From: a virus
Taxonomy: Duplodnaviria; Heunggongvirae; Uroviricota; Caudoviricetes
DNA length: 51,197 nt
Direction: 5' to 3' (one strand)
IMG/VR virus record: IMGVR_UViG_3300005323_000039
Span: 64,001 to 115,197 of that record
The notes under the pieces are model-generated. The model searched no databases. It was given only the letters and a program-made list of their open reading frames with translations, and was not told the origin of the DNA. This document shows, piece after piece, positions 7,865 through 17,155 of this stretch (positions are counted from its first letter, which is position 1; each line of letters opens with the position of its first letter). Both the position numbers and the translations under genes were made by a program.

Positions 7865-8872
7865 ATGACCAATCTATACGTCCTCGGGAATGCCGGTAGT
7901 GCGCCATCGGGCTGGACCAAGATTACCACATACGACGGCTATTACCTAAGATTTGGTAATTCGTATGCGGGACATGGCACAACCGGAGGATCTGCTACTC
8001 ATACTCATGGTTCAAGTGGCGTGACAATTGGAAATTGTTCAGGATCCTCGTTTTATTTCAACCTAACTGGTACCAACATGATGAAAGTTCATAGTGGAAC
8101 TCTTAATATAACGTCTGGAACGTCCGGTTCAAACACGCCGCCATACTATGAACTGGAATTGTATAGAATTAACCTCACCACATGGGAAACATCACATAAA
8201 TATTTTCCAGTGGGTTCGATTCTTCTATCGGACAGTGTGCTTAGCGGATCAGAGATGTCTCGGTTCAGTTCGCCTGATGGTCGATTGTTGAAGTTCGGAA
8301 GTCCTGGATTGACTGGGGGCACAGCTGGTCACACCCATGCGGTAGCTGGTAATGTAAGTTGTACGTCTCTTAATCTGAGCGTGGGTTCCTACGACGATGG
8401 CGATGTTTCAAACCCCACTGATCATACGCATGCATGGAGTACAACCTCGAACAGTCAAGATGTAACACCGCTCAGACTTCAAACAAGATTCTACAGGGTA
8501 AACCAATTGGTAAATAGAGCTTTGACGGGTGCTATTTGCTTCGTAGATGATACACCATCAGCGAATTGGGACTTAATGTCTGGATGGAATGGATATTTCG
8601 CTGAGTCCTTAGACGGGTATACAACTACTGGCTCAAACGCACACGAGCATAATGGGTTGAGTACCACGTCAGCGAACTACACTGCTAGTGTCCTTAGGTA
8701 TAGGTCTGGCACGACAAGCAGAACGTTTGCTAATAGGCCTCATAATCACACTGTAGCATTCAATTTGGCATCTGCTGATCACACACCACAATACGTCACC
8801 TTGATTCCAGTCAAGCTGAATACAACACTATATCGCCCGATGGGACGTTCAATTTGCGTGTCGATGTGCTAA
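7865..8872 (+). CDS. tail fibre/collar-like protein
   Basis: Repeated GG...HxH motifs (GGSATHTH, GGTAGHTH, GSNAHEH, PHNH) as in metal-binding fibre needles. Confidence 0.65.
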   Translation: MTNLYVLGNAGSAPSGWTKITTYDGYYLRFGNSYAGHGTTGGSATHTHGSSGVTIGNCSGSSFYFNLTGTNMMKVHSGTLNITSGTSGSNTPPYYELELYRINLTTWETSHKYFPVGSILLSDSVLSGSEMSRFSSPDGRLLKFGSPGLTGGTAGHTHAVAGNVSCTSLNLSVGSYDDGDVSNPTDHTHAWSTTSNSQDVTPLRLQTRFYRVNQLVNRALTGAICFVDDTPSANWDLMSGWNGYFAESLDGYTTTGSNAHEHNGLSTTSANYTASVLRYRSGTTSRTFANRPHNHTVAFNLASADHTPQYVTLIPVKLNTTLYRPMGRSICVSMC

Positions 8873-8881
8873 GAGGCATCC

Positions 8882-9346
8882 ATGGACAAAGAACTCAAAA
8901 CCATCGTTAAAGAGAAGGGCGTTGAGCTACGTAACTTGATGGTTAAAAAAATCTACGATGGAGAAGGCATACCTCCGCCCAACGCACCTTCGACGATAAA
9001 ATCCAAAGGCTCTAGTCACACTCTAATCGATAATTCGACGCTCGTAACTTCAATTGATGTTTTCGAGGAGGACATCGGTACAGATTATATGGTACGCGTC
9101 GGAATAGAAGAAGAAGGAGTTGCTGAATATGCTGCGGCCAATGAATACGGTGTCGCTTGGGAAAATAGACCTAAAAAACGTATTAGATTTGAACCCAACG
9201 AACAATCTTCTGTAGAAGAGAACAAAGCGTGGTTTATTCCGCCCAGATCCTTTATGCGCAGTACGTATGATGAAAACATCGAACAAATTGTAATCGATGT
9301 TCAGAATGAATTTGATCAATGGGCGCAAAAGCGTTGGAAGAAATAA
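8882..9346 (+). CDS. neck/tail completion protein (Mu gpG/HK97 gp10-like)
   Basis: PPNAPSTIKSKGSSHTLIDN, YAAANEYG, IPPRSFMR motifs. Confidence 0.75.
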   Translation: MDKELKTIVKEKGVELRNLMVKKIYDGEGIPPPNAPSTIKSKGSSHTLIDNSTLVTSIDVFEEDIGTDYMVRVGIEEEGVAEYAAANEYGVAWENRPKKRIRFEPNEQSSVEENKAWFIPPRSFMRSTYDENIEQIVIDVQNEFDQWAQKRWKK

Positions 9347-9370
9347 ATTATATTTTTTTAATTGAAGCAT

Positions 9371-9470
9371 AATGTGACCGATGGTTTGAACCCTACTTGA
9401 CTCGGTCTACATCAAGTAGAGTACGTGTACACGGTCCTGACAGTTACCAAGCTGTCAGATACAACACACT
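9371..9470 (-). ncRNA. candidate structured ncRNA antisense to the tail operon
   Basis: 7-bp CTGACAG and 8-bp CTACTTGA hairpins, GACCG/CGGTC helix, T-loop-like GG-TTCAAA-CC; promoter CCACAAACTATAAATA at 9485-9500 is identical to one at about 37729-37744. Confidence 0.55.
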
Positions 9471-9563
9471 CTTGGTATACTTAGTATTTATAGTTTGTGG
9501 TTCGTGTGAGCCACTTTTACAAACAACTAACTAATTGACTAAATTTTAAAGGAGAATTTATAA

Positions 9564-10139
9564 ATGACTGCGACAGTTAACGTGGAAGAAGGGAATGGTG
9601 CAGGCCCGACCTGGACTGTAATAACGTCCGGCAGATATTGCACAAGAGATTCGTACAATCCTGGAGATAATGATCCTTGTGTTGTGCCAAGTGCAGGCAA
9701 CAATTATTCGTACTGGAAGAATCATCGAATCGCTTTTAGTGGAACCTTTACCAAAATTCTAAACATTAAATGGTATACTAGTGGGTCTGTAGCATCAAAT
9801 TGGGACCTTGGGACTGGCGGAGTTCTGTGCGTTGGCATAAGAGATTCTGGTGACAATGGATGTCCGACAGGATCTTATCAACAGGCTGCAGGAACGCAAG
9901 GCACTACAGGCAACTATATGGACCATGCGGTAAATGGCCACGCCTACTACAAAGATCAGACAGCCACCCCCGCAGATGCTGACTCTTACACATCTGCATC
10001 ACCTCTCACAATCGATAGTACTGAATATACTGTGGCCGGAAGCTCTAAACATGTCGTTACGCAGGTAAAGCTTGCAACTGATGCTGTTCAAGGCGATAAG
10101 GCCAACGAAACGATGACCTGGCTATATGATGAGATATGA
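9564..10139 (+). CDS. probable virion structural protein
   Basis: 191 aa, G/T/S/N-rich beta composition, strong AGGAG ribosome-binding site, inside the tail cluster. Confidence 0.55.
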   Translation: MTATVNVEEGNGAGPTWTVITSGRYCTRDSYNPGDNDPCVVPSAGNNYSYWKNHRIAFSGTFTKILNIKWYTSGSVASNWDLGTGGVLCVGIRDSGDNGCPTGSYQQAAGTQGTTGNYMDHAVNGHAYYKDQTATPADADSYTSASPLTIDSTEYTVAGSSKHVVTQVKLATDAVQGDKANETMTWLYDEI

Positions 10140-10209
10140 AGTAGCGGTAGGGTTATAAACTAGTAGCTATACCAAAAAGTATAAATACTAGAATGTCTAT
10201 TGTACGTTC

Positions 10210-11826
10210 ATGACAGAAAAGATTTTAAATATTTCTGGACACGACGTATCAATAGACGAAAATTTTTCTAAAATATTAAACGCGTATAATTGGCACGTGT
10301 ATTCTCTTGGTACAGGTAAGAGAAAAGAGTATGCAGTGACAAAAGTTTTTGGCGTTACTGTATATATGCATCGTGTCATAATGGAAGAACATCTTGGTCG
10401 AAAGTTAGATCGTTCCGAAGAAATTGATCATATCGATGGAAATAGTCTAAACAACACAATAAAAAATTTACGTGTGTGTTCGCATAAAGAAAATACTTGC
10501 AACAAAAGTAAATTTTCTACATCGTCGTCAGAATATATGGGTGTTTATTACAATGATGCTTATGATGACCCATATCGTGCAAAAATAATGAAAGATGGAG
10601 AAAACATACACATAGGTGGGTTCAAAACACCAAAAGAAGCTGCCGAAGCTCGCGACATAGCATGCCTTATTCATTTTGGACAATTTGCTTGCCTCAATTT
10701 TGAACATGCACGTTCCGAATATTTACAGAAAATTAACGATGGATACAACCCGATACAACCAGCACGTGAAACAACGAGTAAATATAGGGGAGTTAGTCTG
10801 CAGGAAGGCAAGTGGGTTGCACGTGCAAACAACATTTATTTGGGAGTGTTTGATTCAGAGGAGTCGGCAGCAGCCCAACACGATTTAGCATACTTATATA
10901 TTAATGGAGATGTTAAAGAAGGCTTAAATTTTCCAGATAAAACGCCGCAATACATAAAGATGCTGGCGTCTGGCGTGATTCCTGTTCCAGAAAAACAATT
11001 ACCATCCACTGAATATATTGGTGTATCGTATAATAAGGATGCGTGTAAATTTGCTGCTTATGTTGGTAGCGGCGAAAATCGTGTATATTTGGGAATGTTT
11101 AGCACGGCAAAAGACGCAGCTGAAACACGTGATATGGCTGTAATCAAGCTTGGGATTAAGTCTGTTCTAAATTTTGTATCCAAAGAACGTGAATATAGAG
11201 AGAAATTGCGCAACGGATACAATCCAATACCCATTAAAGTTCCTAAATCTAGTAAATATGTTGGAGTTTGTTATACAGAAGGTTCGGATAAATGGATTGC
11301 GTACACACCCTTACCTAACGGAAAGCGTTTCAATATTGGTGCATTTGAAACAGAAGATGCTGCATATGAAGCATTATGTGACACAGAGAGACGTTTGACA
11401 CAATGGGAATATATCACAGATATTAAGCCACGTTCGAATTATCGTGGCGTCAAGAATCAACCTAACGGAAAATTTAACGCAGGCATTTATCACAATGGCG
11501 TGGATTATTCGTTAGGTTCGTACGTAACACCTGAAGAAGCGGCTCAAACATACGATATAGCAGTAATATATTTAGGTGCTGAACACTGGAAGCTCAACTT
11601 TCCAAACCTCACGAACGAATATCGCGCAAAATTGCAATCAGGCTACGTTCCGATTAAAGAAAAACGCACCAAGTCAAGCAAACACAAAGGCGTATCATAC
11701 CGAAAGGATAAGAAACGGTGGCACGCCTACACTCAAGTCGATGGCAAGCGCAAAAACCTTGGGTACTTTGGAACTGAACAAGAAGCAATCCAAGCATATG
11801 ATAAATATATAACAAACCAAAGTTAA
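10210..11826 (+). CDS. HNH homing endonuclease with six tandem AP2 domains
   Basis: MHRVIM...IDHIDGNSLNN..KNLR HNH; six S.Y.GV...W/F.A...LG.F.T.EEAA..D repeats. Confidence 0.9.
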   Translation: MTEKILNISGHDVSIDENFSKILNAYNWHVYSLGTGKRKEYAVTKVFGVTVYMHRVIMEEHLGRKLDRSEEIDHIDGNSLNNTIKNLRVCSHKENTCNKSKFSTSSSEYMGVYYNDAYDDPYRAKIMKDGENIHIGGFKTPKEAAEARDIACLIHFGQFACLNFEHARSEYLQKINDGYNPIQPARETTSKYRGVSLQEGKWVARANNIYLGVFDSEESAAAQHDLAYLYINGDVKEGLNFPDKTPQYIKMLASGVIPVPEKQLPSTEYIGVSYNKDACKFAAYVGSGENRVYLGMFSTAKDAAETRDMAVIKLGIKSVLNFVSKEREYREKLRNGYNPIPIKVPKSSKYVGVCYTEGSDKWIAYTPLPNGKRFNIGAFETEDAAYEALCDTERRLTQWEYITDIKPRSNYRGVKNQPNGKFNAGIYHNGVDYSLGSYVTPEEAAQTYDIAVIYLGAEHWKLNFPNLTNEYRAKLQSGYVPIKEKRTKSSKHKGVSYRKDKKRWHAYTQVDGKRKNLGYFGTEQEAIQAYDKYITNQS

Positions 11827-11871
11827 TTTTTTATTCAAATCACTATTTTAATCAAACTTTAGAGGTCATTA

Positions 11872-12456
11872 ATGCTACAAATAATGTATGGATGGGTTAG
11901 ACACTTTTCAGATGGCACAGTCGAATACCAATATAATCGGGATACTGCGCAAGAACTTTTATGGGGCAATCCCTCCAAACCCATTACAAAGGTTGGCTAC
12001 GTTCCTTTCAGCAATGACCTCTCCCAGAAGTTACAATCTAAAGGAATAAATGCAATCGCTTCAAACCTTCCGCCGCACTTTGTAACCTCTGAAGATCAAT
12101 CCGACAAAATTTACGCGTACAGGGCACGCTCAACTTCTACCGGGGACCGAATGAAGTGCTCTATTTGTGGTTTCACTTGGAGTCATACAGGTAAGGGGTT
12201 TGCTGTATGTCCTCAATGTGGTTGTAAGGACGACTGGTATTGTGACAAATGCAAAGATTTTAAAGATAACCAAGTGAGGAACAAGCGAGGCGAAGTTAAT
12301 TGTCCTGACTGCAAAACTCCCCAAGGTCTCCGCAGAATTAAGAACATTCACCGCATAACGTTTGTTGATGAAACAATACAACACTACGGTATCCGCACGA
12401 GTAAATTCGATTTGCACGTTCTAAACGATGGAACAACCACAACAATTTTAATCTAA
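11872..12456 (+). CDS. Zn-ribbon protein
   Basis: CSIC, CPQC, CDKC, CPDC. Confidence 0.65.
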   Translation: MLQIMYGWVRHFSDGTVEYQYNRDTAQELLWGNPSKPITKVGYVPFSNDLSQKLQSKGINAIASNLPPHFVTSEDQSDKIYAYRARSTSTGDRMKCSICGFTWSHTGKGFAVCPQCGCKDDWYCDKCKDFKDNQVRNKRGEVNCPDCKTPQGLRRIKNIHRITFVDETIQHYGIRTSKFDLHVLNDGTTTTILI

Positions 12457-12468
12457 TTAAGAGGTTTC

Positions 12469-13047
12469 ATGAAGGTTCTTGTTGCTTGTGAATTTTCTGG
12501 TAGAGTACGCGACGCATTCATTCGACATGGTCACGATGCGTGGAGTTGTGATCTGCTGCCTACTGAAACCGAAGGTAATCATTATCAATGCGATATATTT
12601 GATGTTTTGAATAATGAACGTTGGGACATGATGATAGCATTTCCTCCATGCGAACATCTTACAGTTGCGTGCGGAAATCTATGGAAACAAAAACAAGCAG
12701 ATGGTAGACAGCAACAAGCAATAGAATTTTTCTTGCAATTGTATAATGCTCCAATTGATAAAATAGCAATGGAAAATCCAGTTGGAATTTTATCTACAGT
12801 GTGGAGAAAACCTGATCAAATAATTAACCCATGGCAATTTGGGGATCCATACAAAAAGCGAACATGCTTGTGGTTGAAAAATTTACCAAAACTCGAAGCA
12901 ACAAATGTGGTCGAACCAATCGGTCATTGGATTAGTAATGGTTCAAAGGGTAAAACAAATCATGGAGTTTGCAGTGACCCTCACACTAGATCCTTAACAT
13001 TTAATGGAATAGCCGAAGCAATGGCAACTCAATGGGGCGTACTCTAG
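12469..13047 (+). CDS. short C5 DNA cytosine methyltransferase
   Basis: VLVACEFSG SAM motif, FPPC catalytic motif, ENP motif VI, KKRT. Confidence 0.85.
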   Translation: MKVLVACEFSGRVRDAFIRHGHDAWSCDLLPTETEGNHYQCDIFDVLNNERWDMMIAFPPCEHLTVACGNLWKQKQADGRQQQAIEFFLQLYNAPIDKIAMENPVGILSTVWRKPDQIINPWQFGDPYKKRTCLWLKNLPKLEATNVVEPIGHWISNGSKGKTNHGVCSDPHTRSLTFNGIAEAMATQWGVL

Positions 13048-14196
13048 ATGATCGTTGGGGGAGGAGGAGTTGGCCTTGATCCTGGAGTTGGCACAGGCAT
13101 AGACAGACGTACAAAGGCTCTAACTTTAGACGTTATTATCGCATATCCAACATCTACAGTATTCTACTCCAATGACTTAATAATAAACTTAATTCAAAGC
13201 ATTACTCATACACAAGACGTAGTCCTACTCAATCGATATCACGACGCATATTTAATGAGCGTCAATCTGAGGGTCCCTTCCGTAACATATGACTGCTCTG
13301 TGCGCATTGTGCTTGCGCCAGACCAACGTTATCCTCAAGACAGTGTCATAAACGTTATGAGAGAGTCTTGGGCGGAGCAATTGGACGTGGTCTTCCAACG
13401 CATGCAAGGAATGGCTTGGGCCATGAAGCTCACAACTTCCACTGGTTCTGAATTGGACGAATGGTGGGGCGACGTTTACAATTTGAAAAGATTGTCGGGT
13501 GAGAGTGATTCTGACTACAGGGACCGTCTAATCAATTACTCGACTGTACTGACGGGCTGCGGTACAAAGGCCACATGCTCAACTGTAATTGATAATATTA
13601 CAGGAGAAGTTGGAACTTCTTCTGTTGTGACGTACTATCCGGCATTCGTTAGAATAAAGTTTACAACTGCGGATTCAATGCGCATAGCGAATACCAGATT
13701 GGCTTTGTTGAATTCAATTATTCCAAATATGCTCGCTGAAGGTATATCATACCAATTGTATATAACGTACAAAGACTATCTAATGGACATCAGAACAATT
13801 GGAACAATCGAACTACCCTACGTGATGGACATTCTACACCAAGTAACTGGATTAACTGAAACGTATGACATGGACTTGATGAACGTATTCACCAGGTCTT
13901 CAACTGTTGCATTAGACATTATAAGCAAAATTTATAGAACAAAAACATATGATATGTTTGGGCCTTACGTCCTATTTAATCGTTCTATACCGTACGTTAA
14001 TGACATTCTAACGTTGGAAACATTCAGTGTGCAATACACATTGGACACGCTAACTCTAAAGCACGTTTTGAAGCCTCACTTTATGGACGGCTTATTGCTA
14101 AAAACTGTACGTAGAACAAGTCTGATTGACATGATGTGTAGCAGGCCACGGAGATCGTACTATGGATTGGGTATTGGAATTCATGGGGTGGCTTAA
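13048..14196 (+). CDS. baseplate wedge-like protein with C-terminal 14-aa repeats (true start may be downstream)
   Basis: STGSELDEW.G.VY.L.RLSGESDSDYRDRL wedge motif. Confidence 0.7.
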   Translation: MIVGGGGVGLDPGVGTGIDRRTKALTLDVIIAYPTSTVFYSNDLIINLIQSITHTQDVVLLNRYHDAYLMSVNLRVPSVTYDCSVRIVLAPDQRYPQDSVINVMRESWAEQLDVVFQRMQGMAWAMKLTTSTGSELDEWWGDVYNLKRLSGESDSDYRDRLINYSTVLTGCGTKATCSTVIDNITGEVGTSSVVTYYPAFVRIKFTTADSMRIANTRLALLNSIIPNMLAEGISYQLYITYKDYLMDIRTIGTIELPYVMDILHQVTGLTETYDMDLMNVFTRSSTVALDIISKIYRTKTYDMFGPYVLFNRSIPYVNDILTLETFSVQYTLDTLTLKHVLKPHFMDGLLLKTVRRTSLIDMMCSRPRRSYYGLGIGIHGVA

Positions 14197-15846
14197 ATGA
14201 GGCCCGTCGCATTAACTCTGGTCGAAGATAAAACCTACATTCTAGGTACGTTTGATACAACGAGCTTCCAAGTGTGGTGGAAATCAGAACCGTTCCCAGG
14301 CGAAGTGAAAAAAATCTACCAACCGATCCACGTGTACGGACAATATCATTGTGCTATAGTGGAAATGCTAGATGGAACGTGGTCAATTTATCGAACCGGA
14401 GATTACGGAAAAACTTGGGCTTCCGTATATACATCCGCAGTCCGAATAAACGCTTTACAATTAATCGATCCTGGAAGAGTTGTTGCTGCTACATTGGATG
14501 GCTGGATTGAAACTCAAAACAGTGGTTTGAATTGGTCCGTAGTTTCTGTACAAGCTCCCAATTGCACTGCAATAGTTTCTATTGGCGACGATATATTAAT
14601 CGCACAAAATACAGACGCTGTATTCAGGTCTACAGACGTTGGACGCAACTGGACGCAGGTGCTCGACTGCCAATCAATCTATTGGAGACATTTTCATTCA
14701 GGCTACAGAACAACTTCATATTCAGGTACAGTTTATCCAACGCTTGCAGGCTCAATGGCAACTGTAGCGTGCGGTATAGGACCGTACTTTTTATATAGCA
14801 ATGATCAAGGTGTTACGTGGACCATGCCGTGGTTTTGGGCTGGAGACCCTGCGACCCTCGTTCCTGACTTGCCTCCACTCGACAACAAACGCATAATACA
14901 AATTGCTCTAACGGACGTTTCCGGTGCTCTAAACGAAAATTGCACCTTTATTACTAGGTGTTACAGACTAACGGATGGAATCGTTAGATATTATATAGGC
15001 AATGGAATCACTACATGTAACCCAATAATGGACAGACCGTACCATGGCGTCAATTCAGGCTGGATCTCCTCTTATGCGGTGCAGGAGCCAGGCTCAACTG
15101 ATATAGATTACCTTGTGACTCTAACAGACTACAACGCAGGCGGCCAACCTGTAGTTAAACGTTCAATCGACGGCGGATATGTTTGGCTCGACGTACCAAC
15201 TTCTGGTGTGACGGTTTATGAAGGTGACCCTTCACAAGAAATTTATTCGCCCAGTGGAGCGCAAACTTTCAGTGACGAATTTTACGGCTCCTCTAGTTGG
15301 GTAGGATCTCCATGCCACAACACAGGGTACTGGATGATCTCAGGCACAAGAAGGTGGAGTATCTCACACGATATGGACTTCAAGACCAGAGGAATAATGC
15401 CTGCTACAGTTGGTATGGATATTGTGAACATGTTGCGTCCGACCAAAACTTACACTCACGATATATTTAATAAGAAGACCATCATGAAGTCCACGCCATT
15501 TGATGTAGTGAATAAAAGAGTTCAAGTCACGAGCAGACTGTTGGATGTTTTGATGCAAAAATCAATAACTACACCTTATTCAATGGATGTTTACAGTGTG
15601 CAGCGTTACAATAAAGAATATACTCAAGATGTAGTGAGTTTACGCCACACTCCCCTTCATATTTATCATGATGTAGAGATACTAGATACTCTAAATGAAA
15701 CGTACTCTATGGGAATGTATGTTGTGGAGAGTGGCTTCGATGACATTCTAACGTCAATTGAGTACTATTTGCCCCAAGTATGGGACATTTCGGGTTTCAA
15801 GAATTCGTGTCCTGTGTTTGATAGTCGTAGGATCACGATAGAATAG
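14197..15846 (+). CDS. BNR/Asp-box beta-propeller tail protein, candidate receptor-binding protein
   Basis: RTGDYGKTW, RSTDVGRNW, SNDQGVTW, RSIDGGYVW Asp boxes; C-terminal 14-aa repeats. Confidence 0.75.
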   Translation: MRPVALTLVEDKTYILGTFDTTSFQVWWKSEPFPGEVKKIYQPIHVYGQYHCAIVEMLDGTWSIYRTGDYGKTWASVYTSAVRINALQLIDPGRVVAATLDGWIETQNSGLNWSVVSVQAPNCTAIVSIGDDILIAQNTDAVFRSTDVGRNWTQVLDCQSIYWRHFHSGYRTTSYSGTVYPTLAGSMATVACGIGPYFLYSNDQGVTWTMPWFWAGDPATLVPDLPPLDNKRIIQIALTDVSGALNENCTFITRCYRLTDGIVRYYIGNGITTCNPIMDRPYHGVNSGWISSYAVQEPGSTDIDYLVTLTDYNAGGQPVVKRSIDGGYVWLDVPTSGVTVYEGDPSQEIYSPSGAQTFSDEFYGSSSWVGSPCHNTGYWMISGTRRWSISHDMDFKTRGIMPATVGMDIVNMLRPTKTYTHDIFNKKTIMKSTPFDVVNKRVQVTSRLLDVLMQKSITTPYSMDVYSVQRYNKEYTQDVVSLRHTPLHIYHDVEILDTLNETYSMGMYVVESGFDDILTSIEYYLPQVWDISGFKNSCPVFDSRRITIE

Positions 15847-15855
15847 AAAAATAGT

Positions 15856-16125
15856 TTAATCATTCAGTATTGTGGATACACAGTATTTGGGTTGTATTAC
15901 CCCTGCACGAACCATAGTTGGGAGCAACCTGAATGCCAAGTCTTCTATTAAGCATTCACGGGTTTGTGTGCGCCACTCTGTTGGTTCATTTGGATAAGTC
16001 TTCGTATATGTCACCCAATTGCTGTATGTGTTATCACCCTCTTTGACAGGGCATCCTACTGGTTTTACATATACATCCCTTGACCCATAAAGTTCGTCCC
16101 TTATGTTTTCTAGCGTAATTCTCAT
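15856..16125 (-). CDS. hypothetical protein
   Basis: 89 aa with its own BRE-TATA (16163-16180). Confidence 0.6.
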   Translation of the reverse strand: MRITLENIRDELYGSRDVYVKPVGCPVKEGDNTYSNWVTYTKTYPNEPTEWRTQTRECLIEDLAFRLLPTMVRAGVIQPKYCVSTILND

Positions 16126-16186
16126 TTTGCTTCACCTGCAAATAGTATATAGTACGTATTAGTTTAAATAAGTTGCGGTCGATTCC

Positions 16187-16981
16187 ATGCTCACTCCTAC
16201 ACAACGTTTGTCTATAGTCGGCGGACTACCGTTAGTTCTGACTAGCGGCACATTGACCCCGCTCGAAGCGGATCAATACCCTGCGCCCAGAGACTATCCC
16301 GCACTCGTGTGGTCTATAACTTCTCAAAATGTCAAGAATCAATTTACAACGGCGGGTGCTTTGCGCGAAGTGAGAAACCCTCTAACGCTTGATTGGGATT
16401 TTTACGAGGGTGACTTGATGAAGGCTACCTTCTCGTGTCAGATCTTTACAAAATCCACTGACGTTACAACGGTTGCGACTGCCGCAGCAAAACTCCAACT
16501 TCAAACTCTACTGTATGAATTTTTGCAAGAGTTGCGGTTTGAAGGCCTCGGTTTATCATGGTTTGTAGACAGGGTCAAAATATTGCGAATAGAGCAGGCG
16601 AGCGAACTTAAACCAATGCGCGATACGTACAACAATTGTTGGGTATTCAGAGCCGTAGTTGACTTCAGCGTTGAATATGAGTTTAGCAGAATTGACGCAT
16701 TCGACGCGATTAAATCCTTCGAATATAACTATTCTTCGCCGCTCGCAACAACCAACTTAGGCGCGACTGTGCCTGAAGTCGAGTTGGAACCGCTTGAGCA
16801 ATATGGCCCACAAGTCTACGGCATGGACATAACCATTACAAACGATCGTATAGCTTTACGTTCGGACGTTATATTGATTACTCGACATACTAAGAATGTT
16901 GCTTTAGACGTGGCTATTGTTGGCGAAAGTTGCTCAACGGATGCAACATTCGATATATTGATTGTTGAAGCAGACGATTAA
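16187..16981 (+). CDS. putative tail/sheath terminator-like protein
   Basis: YPALVW...ATFSCQIF...FRAVVDFSVEY pattern; upstream of the sheath gene. Confidence 0.5.
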   Translation: MLTPTQRLSIVGGLPLVLTSGTLTPLEADQYPAPRDYPALVWSITSQNVKNQFTTAGALREVRNPLTLDWDFYEGDLMKATFSCQIFTKSTDVTTVATAAAKLQLQTLLYEFLQELRFEGLGLSWFVDRVKILRIEQASELKPMRDTYNNCWVFRAVVDFSVEYEFSRIDAFDAIKSFEYNYSSPLATTNLGATVPEVELEPLEQYGPQVYGMDITITNDRIALRSDVILITRHTKNVALDVAIVGESCSTDATFDILIVEADD

Positions 16982-17029
16982 CGTTTTACAATTTTTAATT
17001 TTGATTAATTCGAGGATTTGATTTACTTG

Positions 17030-17155
17030 ATGCAAAAAGTTACCGTGTACCAGGCGTATAGAAGGGGCCTGATAACGCACGAAAAATATTTAGATTACCT
17101 TAAACGGAAAGTAAAAAAAGACACATTTATTGAATTAGAGTTAATGGAGGATTAA
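17030..17155 (+). CDS. 41-aa paralog of the N-terminus of 6477-7031 (missed by ORF track)
   Basis: MQKVTVYQAYRRGLITHEKYLDYL vs KLTAYNAWRRGFITDDQYEVYL; GAGG upstream. Confidence 0.7.
   Translation: MQKVTVYQAYRRGLITHEKYLDYLKRKVKKDTFIELELMED

Noticed and set aside
9436-9457. Frameshift-suppressor tRNA (8-nt loop CTTGGTAA)
   Set aside because: The surrounding sequence has no cloverleaf; treated as part of the candidate ncRNA.
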